Shown piece after piece: positions 47,701 to 56,764 of a DNA stretch of 64,000 bases; position 1 is the stretch's first letter; each line of letters begins with the position of its first letter. The notes below the pieces were generated by a model. That model saw nothing but the letters and a program-made list of their open reading frames with translations, did not search any database and was not told the origin of the DNA. Source of the DNA: Gemmatimonadales bacterium (GTDB taxonomy: Bacteria; Gemmatimonadota; Gemmatimonadetes; Gemmatimonadales; GWC2-71-9); the NCBI GenBank assembly GCA_050733215.1, contig JBOHSN010000005.1:5322-69321 (forward strand), given 5' to 3'. The translations under genes and the position numbers were made by a program.

Positions 47701-48494
47701 TACGGCCGGAGCTGGCGGGCGCCAAGGGCGCAGTTGAGGCCGATGGAAAGCGGGCGGGCGGGCATCACCGAGTACCAGAACGCCTCGGCGGTCTGCCCCG
47801 AGAGCGTGCGGCCGCTGGCGTCGGTGATGGTGCCCGAGATCATCACCGGCACCCGCTCGCCCTGCTCCTCGAACACGCCCTCGATCGCGAAGATCGCGGC
47901 CTTTGCGTTCAGGGTGTCGAAGATCGTCTCCACCAGCAGCACGTCCGCGCCGCCGTCCAGGAGCCCCCGGGCCTGCTCGGCGTAGGCCGCGGCTAGCTCG
48001 TCAAAGGTGACTGCCCGGAAGCCGGGGTCGTTGACGTCGGGCGAAATCGAGGCAGTACGGTTCGTGGGCCCCAGCGCGCCGGCGACGAACCGGGGCCGAT
48101 TGTCCCTCGCCTCGAACTCGTCCACGGCCGCGCGCGCGATCCGCGCGCCTTCGACATTCAGCTCGTACGCCAGCCCCTCGGTGCCGTAGTCGGCCTGCGC
48201 GATGGCCGTCGAGGTGAACGTGTTGGTCTCGATGATGTCGGCGCCCGCCGCGAGGTAGGCCCGGTGGATCTCTCCGACGATTCCCGGCTGGCTCAGGACG
48301 AGCAGATCGCTGTTGCCCCGGACGTCGCGGCTCCACCCGGCGAAGCGCTCGCCGCGGAACCCGGCCTCGTCCAGCGCGTAGCGCTGGATCATCGTGCCCA
48401 TGGCGCCGTCCAGCACCAGGATGCGCTCCTTGAGGAGCGGCACCAGGCGGGCAAGCCGTGCGTCGCGGGACGATGACGAGAGGGAACGGGTCAC
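44772..48494 (-). CDS. metH: cobalamin-dependent methionine synthase
   Basis: 1240-aa ORF with a GTG start. Hcy-binding domain ([11 protein letters not shown]), pterin-binding domain, B12-binding motif [26 protein letters not shown], and the C-terminal AdoMet activation domain. Confidence 0.97.
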   Translation of the reverse strand: MTRSLSSSSRDARLARLVPLLKERILVLDGAMGTMIQRYALDEAGFRGERFAGWSRDVRGNSDLLVLSQPGIVGEIHRAYLAAGADIIETNTFTSTAIAQADYGTEGLAYELNVEGARIARAAVDEFEARDNRPRFVAGALGPTNRTASISPDVNDPGFRAVTFDELAAAYAEQARGLLDGGADVLLVETIFDTLNAKAAIFAIEGVFEEQGERVPVMISGTITDASGRTLSGQTAEAFWYSVMPARPLSIGLNCALGARQLRPYVQELSRVAPVFITAYPNAGLPNAFGGYDETAEQMAVVIREFAELGIVNVVGGCCGTTPEHIRAMADAVKGLPARRPATPPVRLRLSGLEPLVIGPQTNFVNIGERTNVTGSRKFAKLILDGSYEAALDVARQQVENGAQIIDVNMDEGMLDSERAMTTFLRLIAAEPDISRVPVMIDSSKWSVIEAGLKCVQGRCVVNSISLKEGEAPFLEHARLVRRYGAAAVVMAFDERGQADTADRKVEIAARAYRILTEQAGFPPEDIILDPNIFAIATGIEEHAAYGVDYIEATRRIKATLPHAMVSGGVSNVSFSFRGNEVVREAIHSVFLYHAIRAGMDMGIVNAGQLTIYEDIPRDLLERVEDVVLNRRADATERLLEIAERVGRERAGEGERGREHLEWRQAPVRERLTHALVEGIADYIVEDTEEARRLFDRPIQVIEGPLMDGMNVVGDLFGSGKMFLPQVVKSARVMKKAVAHLIPYIEAEKQAANDARAKGKVLLATVKGDVHDIGKNIVGVVLQCNNYQVIDLGVMVSAAKIIETARAEQVDIIGLSGLITPSLEEMSFTAGELEREGFRVPLLIGGATTSRMHTAVKIEPRYHGPTVHVLDASRAVGVASSLLSDTQHEEFVRGVRDQYRTIREQRAAAGDSGRERPTITEARTNRLVVDTTTPAPRPCFLGVRTIAPYPLAELVQYIDWTPFFQAWELAGRYPAILDDPTVGAAARNLFADAERMLDEIVSGERLEARAAVGFFPANAVGDDIELYADESRRDVRAVAYTLRQQLSKSAGRPNLALADYVAPRDGGGADYVGAFAVTAGHGLDVLVARYEAAHDDYSAILAKALADRLAEALAERLHERVRTELWGYARDESLANEALIKEAYQGIRPAPGYPACPDHTEKRTLFDLLGAENGAGMKLTESFAMLPTASVSGWYFWRPEARYFGVGKIGRDQVEDYARRKGMDVAAVERWLAPNLAYER
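46521..46556. repeat. C-rich decamer array (CCGCCCTCTC TCGCCCTCTC CCGCCCTCTC TCGCCC) inside metH
   Basis: It encodes ..[18 protein letters not shown].. in the linker between the pterin-binding and cap/B12 domains. Confidence 0.9.
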
Positions 48495-48504
48495 GGGCGC
48501 TCCT

Positions 48505-48542
48505 GAAAACGAAAGACCCCGGGGGAGCCAAACGTCCCGGGG
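48505..48542 (-). terminator. terminator-like hairpin plus U-tract immediately upstream of the metH ribosome-binding site
   Basis: Minus-strand RNA: CCCCGGG acguuuggcucc CCCGGGG UCUUUCGUUUUC, then AGGAGcgcccGUG. A 7-bp GC stem. It could terminate yggU transcripts or attenuate metH. Confidence 0.4.
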
Positions 48543-48622
48543 GAGGCGTTTAGCAGGTTGTTTAACGTGGCCGCAAGCTGCCGCAAATCGCCACGGATCG
48601 ATTGTCGGACTCCGCCGGTAAC

Positions 48623-48928
48623 TTACCGGCTTTGCGGCCGAAAGTTCAAGAGGCCGAGCCTCGCCGCGGCCGCCTGGGGGGTGACACCGCTGACCAGGAC
48701 GACCTTGCTCCGGCCCGACGTGCCGGCGGCGAGCGTCACGGCCGCTCTCGGCACGGCCAGCCGCTCAGCCAGGAATCGGACCAGGGCCTCGTTGGCCGCT
48801 CCATCCACCGGTGGCGCGGCCACCCGGATCTTGAGCGCGCCGCCATGCTCACCCACCACCTCGGTGCGCGCCGCCCGGGGCTGAACCCGCACGAGCAGTC
48901 GTATCCCGTCGGGGGTCGGGGCGATCAC
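48623..48928 (-). CDS. yggU: DUF167 (YggU) family protein
   Basis: 101-aa ORF with a GTG start: [51 protein letters not shown]. Confidence 0.85.
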   Translation of the reverse strand: MIAPTPDGIRLLVRVQPRAARTEVVGEHGGALKIRVAAPPVDGAANEALVRFLAERLAVPRAAVTLAAGTSGRSKVVLVSGVTPQAAAARLGLLNFRPQSR

Positions 48929-48938
48929 ACCAACAAGA

Positions 48939-49011
48939 AAGCCGCGAATTTGCGCGAATCAACGCGAACACAACCGCTCAATTCGCGTTGATTCGCGTTC
49001 ATTCGCGGCTT
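48939..49011. repeat. tandem-repeat-armed palindrome I: 3 x CGCGAATNNN decamers, loop, 3 x inverted decamers
   Basis: aagccgcgaat ttgcgcgaat caacgcgaac acaaccgctc aattcgcgtt gattcgcgtt cattcgcggctt. Same unit family as element H. It lies between the yggT stop (49035) and the yggU start (48928). Confidence 0.92.
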
Positions 49012-49034
49012 GGCTTTTCGGAAGCCGGCGCGGC

Positions 49035-49613
49035 TCAGATGAATGCCCCGACGATGACCCGCTCGGCGATCCAGAGAATGAAGTACGCCACCAGCGGGCT
49101 CAGATCGAGCGGGCCGAACGGCGGCAGCACCCGGCGGAGCGGCTCCAGCAGCCACTCGGTCAGGATCACGACCGGCCGCATCCACTTCGTGTACTGTGAG
49201 GCGCCGAACCACGAGGCGATCACCCGCACCAGCAGCGCGAAGCGCAGGATCGTGAACGTCCAGGAGAGCAGAGTGATCAGCCACGCCCGCGGCCCCGCTC
49301 CCGCCAGCATGCCCAGCGAGTACACGAACCCGATTCCCCAGTTCACCAGCGACACCAGGAGCAGCCCGCCGATCACGACGATCGCCAGCAGCCAGTACGG
49401 CGCGCTCTGCGGCATCCCGCCGGCGCGTACCAGCCGCCGTTCGATCGGCTGGAGCACCGGATCGCTCAGCCGACGCACCGTGCGCGGCCAGACGCCGAAC
49501 GGACTCAGCGTCTTGGACCGCACCGCCCAATGGGTGAGCGCCACGACCGCCCCGTACGCCAGCGCACCCACGACCAGCCATCGAACCACATCCATCAGCA
49601 GCGCGGCGGTCAC
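49035..49613 (-). CDS. yggT: YggT-family membrane protein (two YGGT repeats)
   Basis: ORF 49035..49661. The preferred start is GTG 49613, which overlaps the upstream gene's stop (GTGA). ATG 49595 is an alternative. TM-rich, with ..VILTEWLLEPLRRVLPPFGPLDLSPLVAYFIL. Confidence 0.8.
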   Translation of the reverse strand: MTAALLMDVVRWLVVGALAYGAVVALTHWAVRSKTLSPFGVWPRTVRRLSDPVLQPIERRLVRAGGMPQSAPYWLLAIVVIGGLLLVSLVNWGIGFVYSLGMLAGAGPRAWLITLLSWTFTILRFALLVRVIASWFGASQYTKWMRPVVILTEWLLEPLRRVLPPFGPLDLSPLVAYFILWIAERVIVGAFI

Positions 49614-50056
49614 GGGCCGGGGACCTCGTACTTGGCGATCGCACCGGATGTCGTGGTGCACACGAGCGTGAACTTCCCCTCGTTGAGGGCCGATTCCTCG
49701 AGGATCCGTGCGTTCGCCTCACACGACGCCACCATGCGCCCGCGGGGCTGCCGGTACCCGACCGTCACGACCGACGAGTCGCTCACGGTCGTGATCCGCC
49801 GAACGACCGGCCCGGCGAGGCTGTCGAGACCCATCTGCTTGAGGGAGCGGGGCGGCTTGCCCCGATGAGAACCCTTGTAGTCGGCGGCGCGATCCACGAG
49901 ATCGAAGATCTCGCGGCCCAGAAACGCGGCATCGCGCAGCTCGGGCGGGAGCGCGTCGAGCCCCCGCCCGCGGTCCGGACCCGCGTCCGACGCGGCGCCG
50001 CCGCAGCCCCAGAGCGCCGCGGCCAGCAGCACCCCCCGCGCGGCGCGGCGCGTCAT
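49610..50056 (-). CDS. hypothetical lipoprotein
   Basis: 148-aa ORF. Its ATG overlaps the desaturase stop (ATGA). Lipobox LAAALWGC. Confidence 0.65.
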   Translation of the reverse strand: MTRRAARGVLLAAALWGCGGAASDAGPDRGRGLDALPPELRDAAFLGREIFDLVDRAADYKGSHRGKPPRSLKQMGLDSLAGPVVRRITTVSDSSVVTVGYRQPRGRMVASCEANARILEESALNEGKFTLVCTTTSGAIAKYEVPGP

Positions 50057-51027
50057 TCCATCGCGAATTCGCGGTTGAACACGACGTCGAAGCTGAACGT
50101 CTTGGCCCGGCTCCGGGTCTCGATCAGCTCCGCGACACGGCGGAGCCGGTCCGGAATGGCCATGATCTTCTCCTGCGCCGCCCGGCCAAGCTCACTCAAG
50201 CCCGTGAGGCTCTCGATCTGCCAGTACCGGATCTGCTCCTGGACGATCTTGAGGTAGTCGCGCGGCCCGTAGATGCCGGCGCGCCGGATGACATCGGCCA
50301 GCTCCTTGAACCCCGGCATGCTCGCCCCGGGCATCTGAATGCTCGGCATGATCAGGGACGCCGAGTGGAGCGCCTGGTCGGGGTCGCGCTCGAGGATCTG
50401 GCTGAACACGTTCCGGTAGAACGTGTAGTGGCGCGCCTCGTCACGGGCGACGTTCGCCAGCACCTCGCCGATCGCCGGCTCGTACTCGCCGGCCACCTTG
50501 CCGGTCTCGGCATGCGAGAACTGGGTTGCCCGCTCCTGGAGGGTCGTGTACACGAACACCCGATAGGGGTCCTTGTCCCAGTCGGGATGGAAGCCCGCGC
50601 GGAGGTACTCGAACTGCATCTCCTCGAACACTCGCTGATCGAGAATCCGCGTCTCGCGGGTGTAGTCGTGCAACACCACCCCGTGGCGGTCCTCCTCGGC
50701 AGTCCAGAGGTTGTTCCAGATACGCCAGTAGCTGTCGTCCTCGAGGAACACCGCCAGCAGCCGGTGGAAGTGGGGCAAACCCTCCTCCGTCAGCGTATTG
50801 AGCGCCAGCGCCGCCCGGGCGGCGTCGGGGATCCCCGCGGCCCGCTTCCGAAGCTCGCCGTACCAGGTGTCGGGACAGGTTCCTGCCGGCGGACTGATGA
50901 GGTCGGAGGGATACCAGAGGTCGCGCTTCTGCTCGTGCGCGTCCATCATCTCCCGGACCTTGGCCTCGAGGTCCCGGAGCACTTCGATCTTGGAAAGCAG
51001 CACGCGTGCGGAGTCTGTCAGGCTCAT
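50053..51027 (-). CDS. soluble acyl-ACP desaturase (di-iron, DesA type)
   Basis: ORF 50053..51105; start set at ATG 51027 (MSLTDSARVLL..). Di-iron motifs TAEEDRHG and ARDEARHY, plus LNTLTEEGLPHF. Confidence 0.88.
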   Translation of the reverse strand: MSLTDSARVLLSKIEVLRDLEAKVREMMDAHEQKRDLWYPSDLISPPAGTCPDTWYGELRKRAAGIPDAARAALALNTLTEEGLPHFHRLLAVFLEDDSYWRIWNNLWTAEEDRHGVVLHDYTRETRILDQRVFEEMQFEYLRAGFHPDWDKDPYRVFVYTTLQERATQFSHAETGKVAGEYEPAIGEVLANVARDEARHYTFYRNVFSQILERDPDQALHSASLIMPSIQMPGASMPGFKELADVIRRAGIYGPRDYLKIVQEQIRYWQIESLTGLSELGRAAQEKIMAIPDRLRRVAELIETRSRAKTFSFDVVFNREFAME

Positions 51028-51062
51028 GGCGTATGTGTATGTCGCGGTCCAAAACGCAGGAA

Positions 51063-51092
51063 GACCAGCCCGCAAACATACTGCGGCTGGTC
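51063..51092 (-). terminator. probable intrinsic terminator after the GNAT gene
   Basis: Minus-strand RNA: GACCAGCCGCA guauguuu GCGGGCUGGUC, then UUCCUGCGUUUUGG. An 11-bp stem including G-U pairs. Confidence 0.5.
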
Positions 51093-51121
51093 CCCCGAAA
51101 GCCAATCGTCGCCGGAGGAGG

Positions 51122-51562
51122 TCAGGCGGTGTCAGGATCCGGCCGCAGGCCCTTTTCCATCAGCACCCAGGTGCGGTGCCCGATGTAGCCCTCACGCCGC
51201 AACACTATGCGCCACCCGAGGGCACCGAGCAGCGATTCGGACTCCAGGTCGTCGGTCCAGAACTCCGCCAGGTGGGCGCCGGCCTCGACCGCATGGCCCT
51301 CGAACGCTGCCAGCAATCGGTGCGCGTGGCCCTGGTGCCGCTCGGTCGGAAGTACCGCCAGATCTTCGAGATGCGCCACGCCGCCGCGCAGCGTGAAGTG
51401 GAGGCCGCCGATCCAGTCGCCGATGTCGTTACTCAGCACCAGATAGCGGTCTTCCGCCGCACGCCCGCTCGTCTCCGCCTCCTCGGTCTCGGCCAGCAGC
51501 TCCGAGAACCAGAGGGCGAAATCGCCGTCTTGTTCCATCTCGCGGATCTGTACGTCTCCCAT
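51122..51562 (-). CDS. GNAT-family N-acetyltransferase
   Basis: ORF 51122..51673; start set at ATG 51562. VAHLEDLAVLPTERHQGHAHRLLAAFEGHAVEAG matches the GNAT motif A region. Confidence 0.75.
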   Translation of the reverse strand: MGDVQIREMEQDGDFALWFSELLAETEEAETSGRAAEDRYLVLSNDIGDWIGGLHFTLRGGVAHLEDLAVLPTERHQGHAHRLLAAFEGHAVEAGAHLAEFWTDDLESESLLGALGWRIVLRREGYIGHRTWVLMEKGLRPDPDTA

Positions 51563-51703
51563 TGAACCAGCCCTGCCTTCCGGTGGTCCGGGGTCCATCA
51601 GCGCAACACTGGTGCCATTCCGGGACTTCGGCCCGTGTGCCGGGTCACCCGCTCCCTCTGGTATAGAACGCATACGAGATGCCGCAGGTTCGGCCGTTCC
51701 CGT

Positions 51704-53083
51704 CTACACGCCGATCGCAATCCCTACCATCACCGCCACCGCGCCCAGCCCGAACAGCGCAGCCCAGAGCGGGACGACGAAACGGAGCCACCGGTCGAAC
51801 GGCACGCCGGCGGCGGCGAGTATCGCCATCAGGGCGCCGTTGGTGGGCGTGAGGATCTCGCAGAGGCCGGTCCCGTACTGGTAGGCGAGCACGGTCACCT
51901 GTCGCGAGAGCTGGAGCAGGTCGGACAGGGGAACGAGAATCGGGATGGTGAGCACGGCCTGGCCGCTCACGCTGGGTACCGGGATATGGATGAGCGTGTG
52001 CGCCGCCATCATCCCGATCGCCGAGGCGGCCAGCGGCAGGTTCTCGAGCGGGGTAAACAGCGCGTAGACCAGGGAATCGAGGATCCGGCCTTCATCGAGC
52101 GCGATGTAGATGGCCCGGGCGAATCCGACCAGCAGCGCCGCCCCCGCCATCGCCCGGAAGCCCGACACGAACGCCTCGGCGGTGCCCGACCAGCCGAATC
52201 CCGCCACGAGCCCAGCCGCGACGCCCATCACGAAGAAAACCGCCGACAGCTCGTTGAATCCCCAGCCGAGCTGGAGAATCCCGAGCACCAAGAGCCCGAA
52301 GGCGAGGAGCACCATCGCGAGGATGACTCCGTGTTTGGCGGAATCCACGGAGGTCACGGCTGCAGGTGCGGACGCCCCAGCCACCTCCTGGTCCCGCCCT
52401 CTCCCGCCCTCTCCCGCCTGCGTCTTCCTGGCGTAGCGCATCGTCCCCGCCACCCAGATCCCGAGCGCCAGCAGCAGGAACACGTTGCGGAACGTGCCGC
52501 CGGAGAGCGGCGGGAGCTGCGCGAGGTGCTGGGCGATGCCGACCTGAAATAGATTGATCGGACTGAAGGCCGCGCCGACCGCCGCCGCCCCCGCGCTCAT
52601 CGCGACCGCAGTGAGCGGGTCGAAGCCGAGCCGGCGGACCAGGAGCAGAAGCACGGGCACGAACGCGATGATCTCCTCCTGCATGTTGAGCCCGATGCCC
52701 CCGAGCGCGAACGCCCCGCTCGCGATCGGGATCACCAGTGCTTCCCGCCGCGCCAGCCGCGCAACCAGCCAGCCGACAGCGCCGCTCAGCGCTCCGGTCT
52801 GCTCTACGACCGCGAAGGCGCCGCCCACGAGGAACACGAGGAACACCACCGAGGCCGCGTCGGCAAGGCCCTTCGGCACCGCGACAGCGGCCGCGAAGGG
52901 TCCGACCGGCGCCTGCTCGACCTGGTGGAAGGTGCCCGGCACCACGACCGTACGGCCAAGCTCGGGGTCTTCCCGCCGATCGTACCGACCGGCCGGCACG
53001 ACCCAGCTCGCCGCCGAGGCGATGGCGAGACAGGCGAGGAGCAGGACGAGGGGATGAGGCAGCCGCAGACGGGGCGCCGTCAC
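51704..53083 (-). CDS. YfcC-family (DcuC/ArcD-like) anion or amino-acid transporter
   Basis: ORF 51704..53533; start set at GTG 53083, which overlaps the upstream small gene's stop (GTGA). About 12 TM helices. ..FLVGGAFAVVEQTGAL..NMQEEIIAFVP..IHIPVPSVSGQAVLTIPILVPL. Confidence 0.82.
   Translation of the reverse strand: MTAPRLRLPHPLVLLLACLAIASAASWVVPAGRYDRREDPELGRTVVVPGTFHQVEQAPVGPFAAAVAVPKGLADAASVVFLVFLVGGAFAVVEQTGALSGAVGWLVARLARREALVIPIASGAFALGGIGLNMQEEIIAFVPVLLLLVRRLGFDPLTAVAMSAGAAAVGAAFSPINLFQVGIAQHLAQLPPLSGGTFRNVFLLLALGIWVAGTMRYARKTQAGEGGRGRDQEVAGASAPAAVTSVDSAKHGVILAMVLLAFGLLVLGILQLGWGFNELSAVFFVMGVAAGLVAGFGWSGTAEAFVSGFRAMAGAALLVGFARAIYIALDEGRILDSLVYALFTPLENLPLAASAIGMMAAHTLIHIPVPSVSGQAVLTIPILVPLSDLLQLSRQVTVLAYQYGTGLCEILTPTNGALMAILAAAGVPFDRWLRFVVPLWAALFGLGAVAVMVGIAIGV
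52391..52418. repeat. C-rich decamer array (GTCCCGCCCT CTCCCGCCCT CTCCCGCC) inside the YfcC gene
   Basis: It encodes ..TQAGEGGRGRDQEV.. in a predicted central loop. Confidence 0.85.
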
Positions 53084-53355
53084 AGCGTGCGGCACTCCTT
53101 CTCGACCGGGGGCGTGTTGCTGCACGCGATGGATGCGTTCATGCCCCTGGCCATCGGGCCGCACGCCGCCGTGCGGGCCTCCCGCTCCGCATCCTCGGCG
53201 GTAGCGCCGGACGCGACGGCGCCGTTCCGCCGGCCGTCGTACGCGACGAGCACCCGGCATTCCGCGCGCTGGGACCTGAGGGTGTTGTAGAGGAGGATCG
53301 CCGCAAACGCGGCGAGAGCGAGCAGGGTCACGACCGTGCTGCGGCGCATGAGCAT
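53080..53355 (-). CDS. small membrane-anchored protein with 4 Cys (hypothetical)
   Basis: 91-aa ORF: MLMRRSTVVTLLALAAFAAILLYN.. then ECRV..ACGP..ACSN..ECR. Translationally coupled to the YfcC gene. Confidence 0.55.
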   Translation of the reverse strand: MLMRRSTVVTLLALAAFAAILLYNTLRSQRAECRVLVAYDGRRNGAVASGATAEDAEREARTAACGPMARGMNASIACSNTPPVEKECRTL

Positions 53356-53393
53356 CCGGACGCGGGGGAGGGTGCGTACAGTATCTTCGGACT

Positions 53394-53942
53394 ATGACCC
53401 GCCGCACAAGCATCCCGCTCCTGCTGCTCGTGCTCGCCGGTATCGCCGTGGCGTGGCGCCCCCCTCTGGAGCCCGCCATCGCGCTGCCCCGCGCCGTACG
53501 CGACTCGATGAGCGTCGTCTTCCGCACCTTCAACCGGAACTGGGATCACCTCGCCGATCTCAACACCCTGGAGAAGATGCTCGGCACGATCCGGCCCACG
53601 CAGCGGGAGTACCTCGGCTGCCTTGTCGGGCGGGTGGAGGGGGGCATCGTGCACCTAGCCGGCTGGGTGCCCGCGCGGAACATGAAGCAGCTCCAGCTCG
53701 CCGTGGCGGGCAGCTGCGACAGCATCCCGGGGGTGGTGGGCACGTGGCACACCCACCCGTACCGAGCCGACCTCAACAACCTGCCGGTGAAGGAGCGCTC
53801 ACTCTCGGCGCAGGATCTGGAGACGTTCGCGGCGAGCCGGTGGCCTGCCAGCCTAGTCATGTGGGACGAAGACTCCATTGACGCGGCGGCACGCGGCCCT
53901 GCCGGCACCCTGGCGCATCCGGTAGCCGTCCGCATCGAGTGA
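53394..53942 (+). CDS. secreted or membrane-anchored protein with a JAB/MPN-like metalloprotease signature (tentative)
   Basis: 182-aa ORF. N-terminal TM/signal IPLLLLVLAGIAVAW. EYLGCLVGRVEGG .. GTWHTHPY..(14 aa)..SAQD resembles E..HxH..SxxD of the JAMM motif, but with longer spacing. Confidence 0.6.
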   Translation: MTRRTSIPLLLLVLAGIAVAWRPPLEPAIALPRAVRDSMSVVFRTFNRNWDHLADLNTLEKMLGTIRPTQREYLGCLVGRVEGGIVHLAGWVPARNMKQLQLAVAGSCDSIPGVVGTWHTHPYRADLNNLPVKERSLSAQDLETFAASRWPASLVMWDEDSIDAAARGPAGTLAHPVAVRIE

Positions 53943-54038
53943 TCGATGGCGCAACTTGCACGAAGCCGCGGCGCACGGGCGGGATCGTAGCGCGGCAAGA
54001 CGAAAGCTGCACAACCGCTTAGCGCGTTGTTGCAACGG

Positions 54039-54054
54039 TGGTATGTGATTTGCC
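54039..54054 (+). promoter_or_regulatory. candidate sigma54 (-24/-12) promoter upstream of the chemosensory operon
   Basis: TGGTATGTGATTTGCC. GG at 54040-54041 and GC at 54052-54053 have the canonical 12-nt register of TGGCAC-N5-TTGC. It lies about 130 nt upstream of the cheY ATG at 54182. Confidence 0.3.
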
Positions 54055-54181
54055 CCCGCCTAAGTCGCCCTTCGGCAACAAGTTCGCGATCCGCTCATCG
54101 CTTGGTGGTCCCCCGGCCGCCGGTGGCGCGCAACGGAACGCACGCCGCTCGACGCCGTGCGACCTCCTGGAGGTCAGCTCG

Positions 54182-54586
54182 ATGACAACCGCCCGACCCG
54201 GCACGTTCCTCCTGGTCGATGATTCACCGCTCACCCACCAGATGTATCGGCTGGTGTTCTCCCGCGGGGCACTCGCGGGAAGTACGCTGCTCCACGCCAT
54301 GAACGGACGGGAGGGCTACGGTCTGCTCGCGGCGCATCCCGAGATCACCCTGGTCCTGCTCGACCTCAACATGGCCGAAATGAACGGGCTCGAGTTTCTC
54401 GAGCGCCGGCGGGCCGAGGCGCTGCACCCCGAAGTGCCGGTGGTACTGGTGACCACCGAGAGCACGCCGGAGGATGAAGCGCGCGGCCGCGCGGCCGGTG
54501 CCACCGACTATCTCCGCAAGCCATTCGTCCCCGCCGATCTCGAGCGTCTGATCGCCCGACTCCAGCGGGAGCGTCCCGCCGCCTGA
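54182..54586 (+). CDS. cheY: CheY-like single-domain response regulator
   Basis: Frame of ORF 54038..54586, from ATG 54182. FLLVDDS, VLLDLNMAEMNG, LVTTE, YLRKPF. Confidence 0.9.
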   Translation: MTTARPGTFLLVDDSPLTHQMYRLVFSRGALAGSTLLHAMNGREGYGLLAAHPEITLVLLDLNMAEMNGLEFLERRRAEALHPEVPVVLVTTESTPEDEARGRAAGATDYLRKPFVPADLERLIARLQRERPAA

Positions 54587-54589
54587 CCG

Positions 54590-56230
54590 ATGGATCGGGA
54601 CCACGCGTTCGCCGAGCTGATGCACGAGTACATCGCGGAGTGCCTGCCGCTCGCGGAAGGCGTGGCGGAGGCGCTGCTCACGGTGGAACGGCAGTGGCGC
54701 GCGGGTGACCGGGACGCCGGCGATCTCGGCGCGCTCAAGGGCCGGCTTCATACCCTGAAGGGCAATTCCGCGATGATGGGGCTCCGCCCCATGCAGATGG
54801 TGGCGCACGCGCTCGAAGACCTGTGTGTGCGCCTCCTCGCGGACCCGTCCGCCCGCAGCGAGGAGGCGGCGGCGCTGCTGGTCGAGGGGGGCGGGCTGCT
54901 CGCGGACCTGATCCGCGGCGCGCTCGAGTCCGACGGCGCCGCCGCGGCGGACACCTACGTCGCGCACGTCCGGTCGAGTGCCCAGGCACAACCGGCCGAG
55001 GCGGCGACGCCCGCGCCGCTCCGCCTCGAGCGGCGCCGCACGGATCGGGGCGTCGGCACCGACGCTGGCGGCACCATTCGGGTGGACTTCCGCCAGCTGG
55101 ATACGCTGCTGGAGATCTTCGGCGAAGCCATGATCGAGCAGTCCGGTCTGCCGGAGGTCCACCGGCGGCTCCGGGCCATTCTCGGGCATTGCGACGAGCT
55201 CGCCGAACTGGACCGCGTCATCGGCGCGGTCGGCGCGACCATGAAGCGGCTGGAGGGCGCGCTGATGCAGACGCGCCTCCTTCCGATCTCCACCGTGTTC
55301 GGCCGCTACGCGCGCATGGTGCGCGACGTGGCGCGCGACGAGCGCAAGCCGATCCACCTGGTCACCGAGGGCGGCGACACCCTGCTCGACAAGACGATTC
55401 TCGACCGGCTCGGCGAGCCGCTCGTGCACCTGCTCACCAACGCGGTGGTCCATGGCGTGGAGCCCGAGGCCGAGCGGCGCCGGCTGGGGAAGCCCGCGGA
55501 AGCGACGCTCACGCTGCGGGCCGCGACCGTGGCCGACCGGGCGGTGGTGGTCGTGGCGGACGACGGCCAGGGACTCGACACGGCGCGGATCCTCGCGAAA
55601 GCGCAGGCGCAGGGCCTCGACGCGCGCTCCGAGGCGGCCGACGACGTGCACCAGTTGATCTTCGTGCAGGGCTTCTCCACTACCGACCGGGTGACCGAGC
55701 TCGCCGGGCGCGGGGTGGGGCTGGATGCCGCGGCGACGGCGATCCACGGACTGGGTGGCTCGATCGAAGTCCGCAGCACACCAGGCGAAGGCACCGCGTT
55801 CGTGCTGTCGCTCCCGCTCACGCTCGCCATCGTGCGCTCGCTCATCGTCGAGGTGGACTGCGAACGGTTCGCCGTGCCGCTCAGCCACGTGGCCGAGACG
55901 TCCAGAGTGGAGCCGGGCGCCATGCACGAGATCGGCGGGCGTGGCGTGCTCATGTGGCGGGGTTCCACCGTCGGTGTGGCCGACGGCGGCACGCTGCTCG
56001 GCACCGCGCAGCGGCCCGGGAAGCGCGCCTACTGCGTGGTCCTCTTCGCGGGCGCGCGGCGGCGTGCCGTGCTGGTGGATCGCCTGGTGGGCCATCAGGA
56101 CGTTGTCGTGAAAGGACTCGACCCCTCGCTGGGCCGGCCGCAGCTCGTTTCGGGGACCACGATCCTGGGCGACGGCAGGGTGGCCTGCATTCTCGATGCG
56201 GCGGGCGTGGTCGCCCGCGAGGCGGCGTAA
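54590..56230 (+). CDS. cheA: chemotaxis histidine kinase CheA (short form: Hpt, dimerisation, HATPase, CheW-like; no P2 domain)
   Basis: 546-aa ORF. Hpt HTLKGNSAMMG. N box HLLTNAVVHG. G boxes DDGQGLD and GRGVGLD. C-terminal CheW-like domain. Confidence 0.93.
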   Translation: MDRDHAFAELMHEYIAECLPLAEGVAEALLTVERQWRAGDRDAGDLGALKGRLHTLKGNSAMMGLRPMQMVAHALEDLCVRLLADPSARSEEAAALLVEGGGLLADLIRGALESDGAAAADTYVAHVRSSAQAQPAEAATPAPLRLERRRTDRGVGTDAGGTIRVDFRQLDTLLEIFGEAMIEQSGLPEVHRRLRAILGHCDELAELDRVIGAVGATMKRLEGALMQTRLLPISTVFGRYARMVRDVARDERKPIHLVTEGGDTLLDKTILDRLGEPLVHLLTNAVVHGVEPEAERRRLGKPAEATLTLRAATVADRAVVVVADDGQGLDTARILAKAQAQGLDARSEAADDVHQLIFVQGFSTTDRVTELAGRGVGLDAAATAIHGLGGSIEVRSTPGEGTAFVLSLPLTLAIVRSLIVEVDCERFAVPLSHVAETSRVEPGAMHEIGGRGVLMWRGSTVGVADGGTLLGTAQRPGKRAYCVVLFAGARRRAVLVDRLVGHQDVVVKGLDPSLGRPQLVSGTTILGDGRVACILDAAGVVAREAA

Positions 56231-56757
56231 TGAGCCTCCCATTGCGGGCGCCCGGGCCGCTCGCCTTCGTGGACGAGCTGGCCGCCCAGGCGGCGGCGAC
56301 GCCCGAGCAGGCGGCCGTGCCGCTGCTGCATCTCATCGCGTTTCATCTCGACCGCGAGGAGTACGGCGTGCCGGTGGCGAGCGTGCGCGAAGTGAGCCGC
56401 GTCGGCGAGATCACCCGCGTGCCCCAGGCGCCCGACCACATCCGCGGGGTCATGAATCTGCGCGGGCGCATCCTCCCGGTGCTCGAGCTCCGCACCCGGC
56501 TCGGGCATGCGCCACTCGTGCCCGGGCCGAAGGCGCGGGTCGTGGTGGCGGAAGCGCACGGCCGCGTCCTCGGCCTGCTCGTGGACGCCGTGGCCCAGGT
56601 GCTCAAGGTCCCGTCGGATCGCGTCGTGCCGCCCCCGGACGACGCGCGCTCCGCCGCGGCCGATTATCTCACCGGCGTCGTCCAGCTCGATGGCCGGCTC
56701 ATCATCCTTCTCGACCTGGAGCGAATGCTCCAGCCGGGGCCTGTCCCTCACGCGTGA
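56230..56757 (+). CDS. cheW: CheW coupling protein
   Basis: Frame of ORF 54823..56757. ATG 56230 overlaps the cheA TAA by 1 nt. [50 protein letters not shown]. Confidence 0.9.
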   Translation: MSLPLRAPGPLAFVDELAAQAAATPEQAAVPLLHLIAFHLDREEYGVPVASVREVSRVGEITRVPQAPDHIRGVMNLRGRILPVLELRTRLGHAPLVPGPKARVVVAEAHGRVLGLLVDAVAQVLKVPSDRVVPPPDDARSAAADYLTGVVQLDGRLIILLDLERMLQPGPVPHA

Positions 56758-56764
56758 ACCGGCC

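Noticed and set aside
48543-48622. SAM, SAH or cobalamin riboswitch aptamer in the metH leader
   Set aside because: No GAGGAGCG..AACGGCGCUCA (SAH) or SAM-I/II core is recognisable. There are only generic hairpins, one of which (GCCGGTAA-G-TTACCGGC) overlaps the yggU stop codon.
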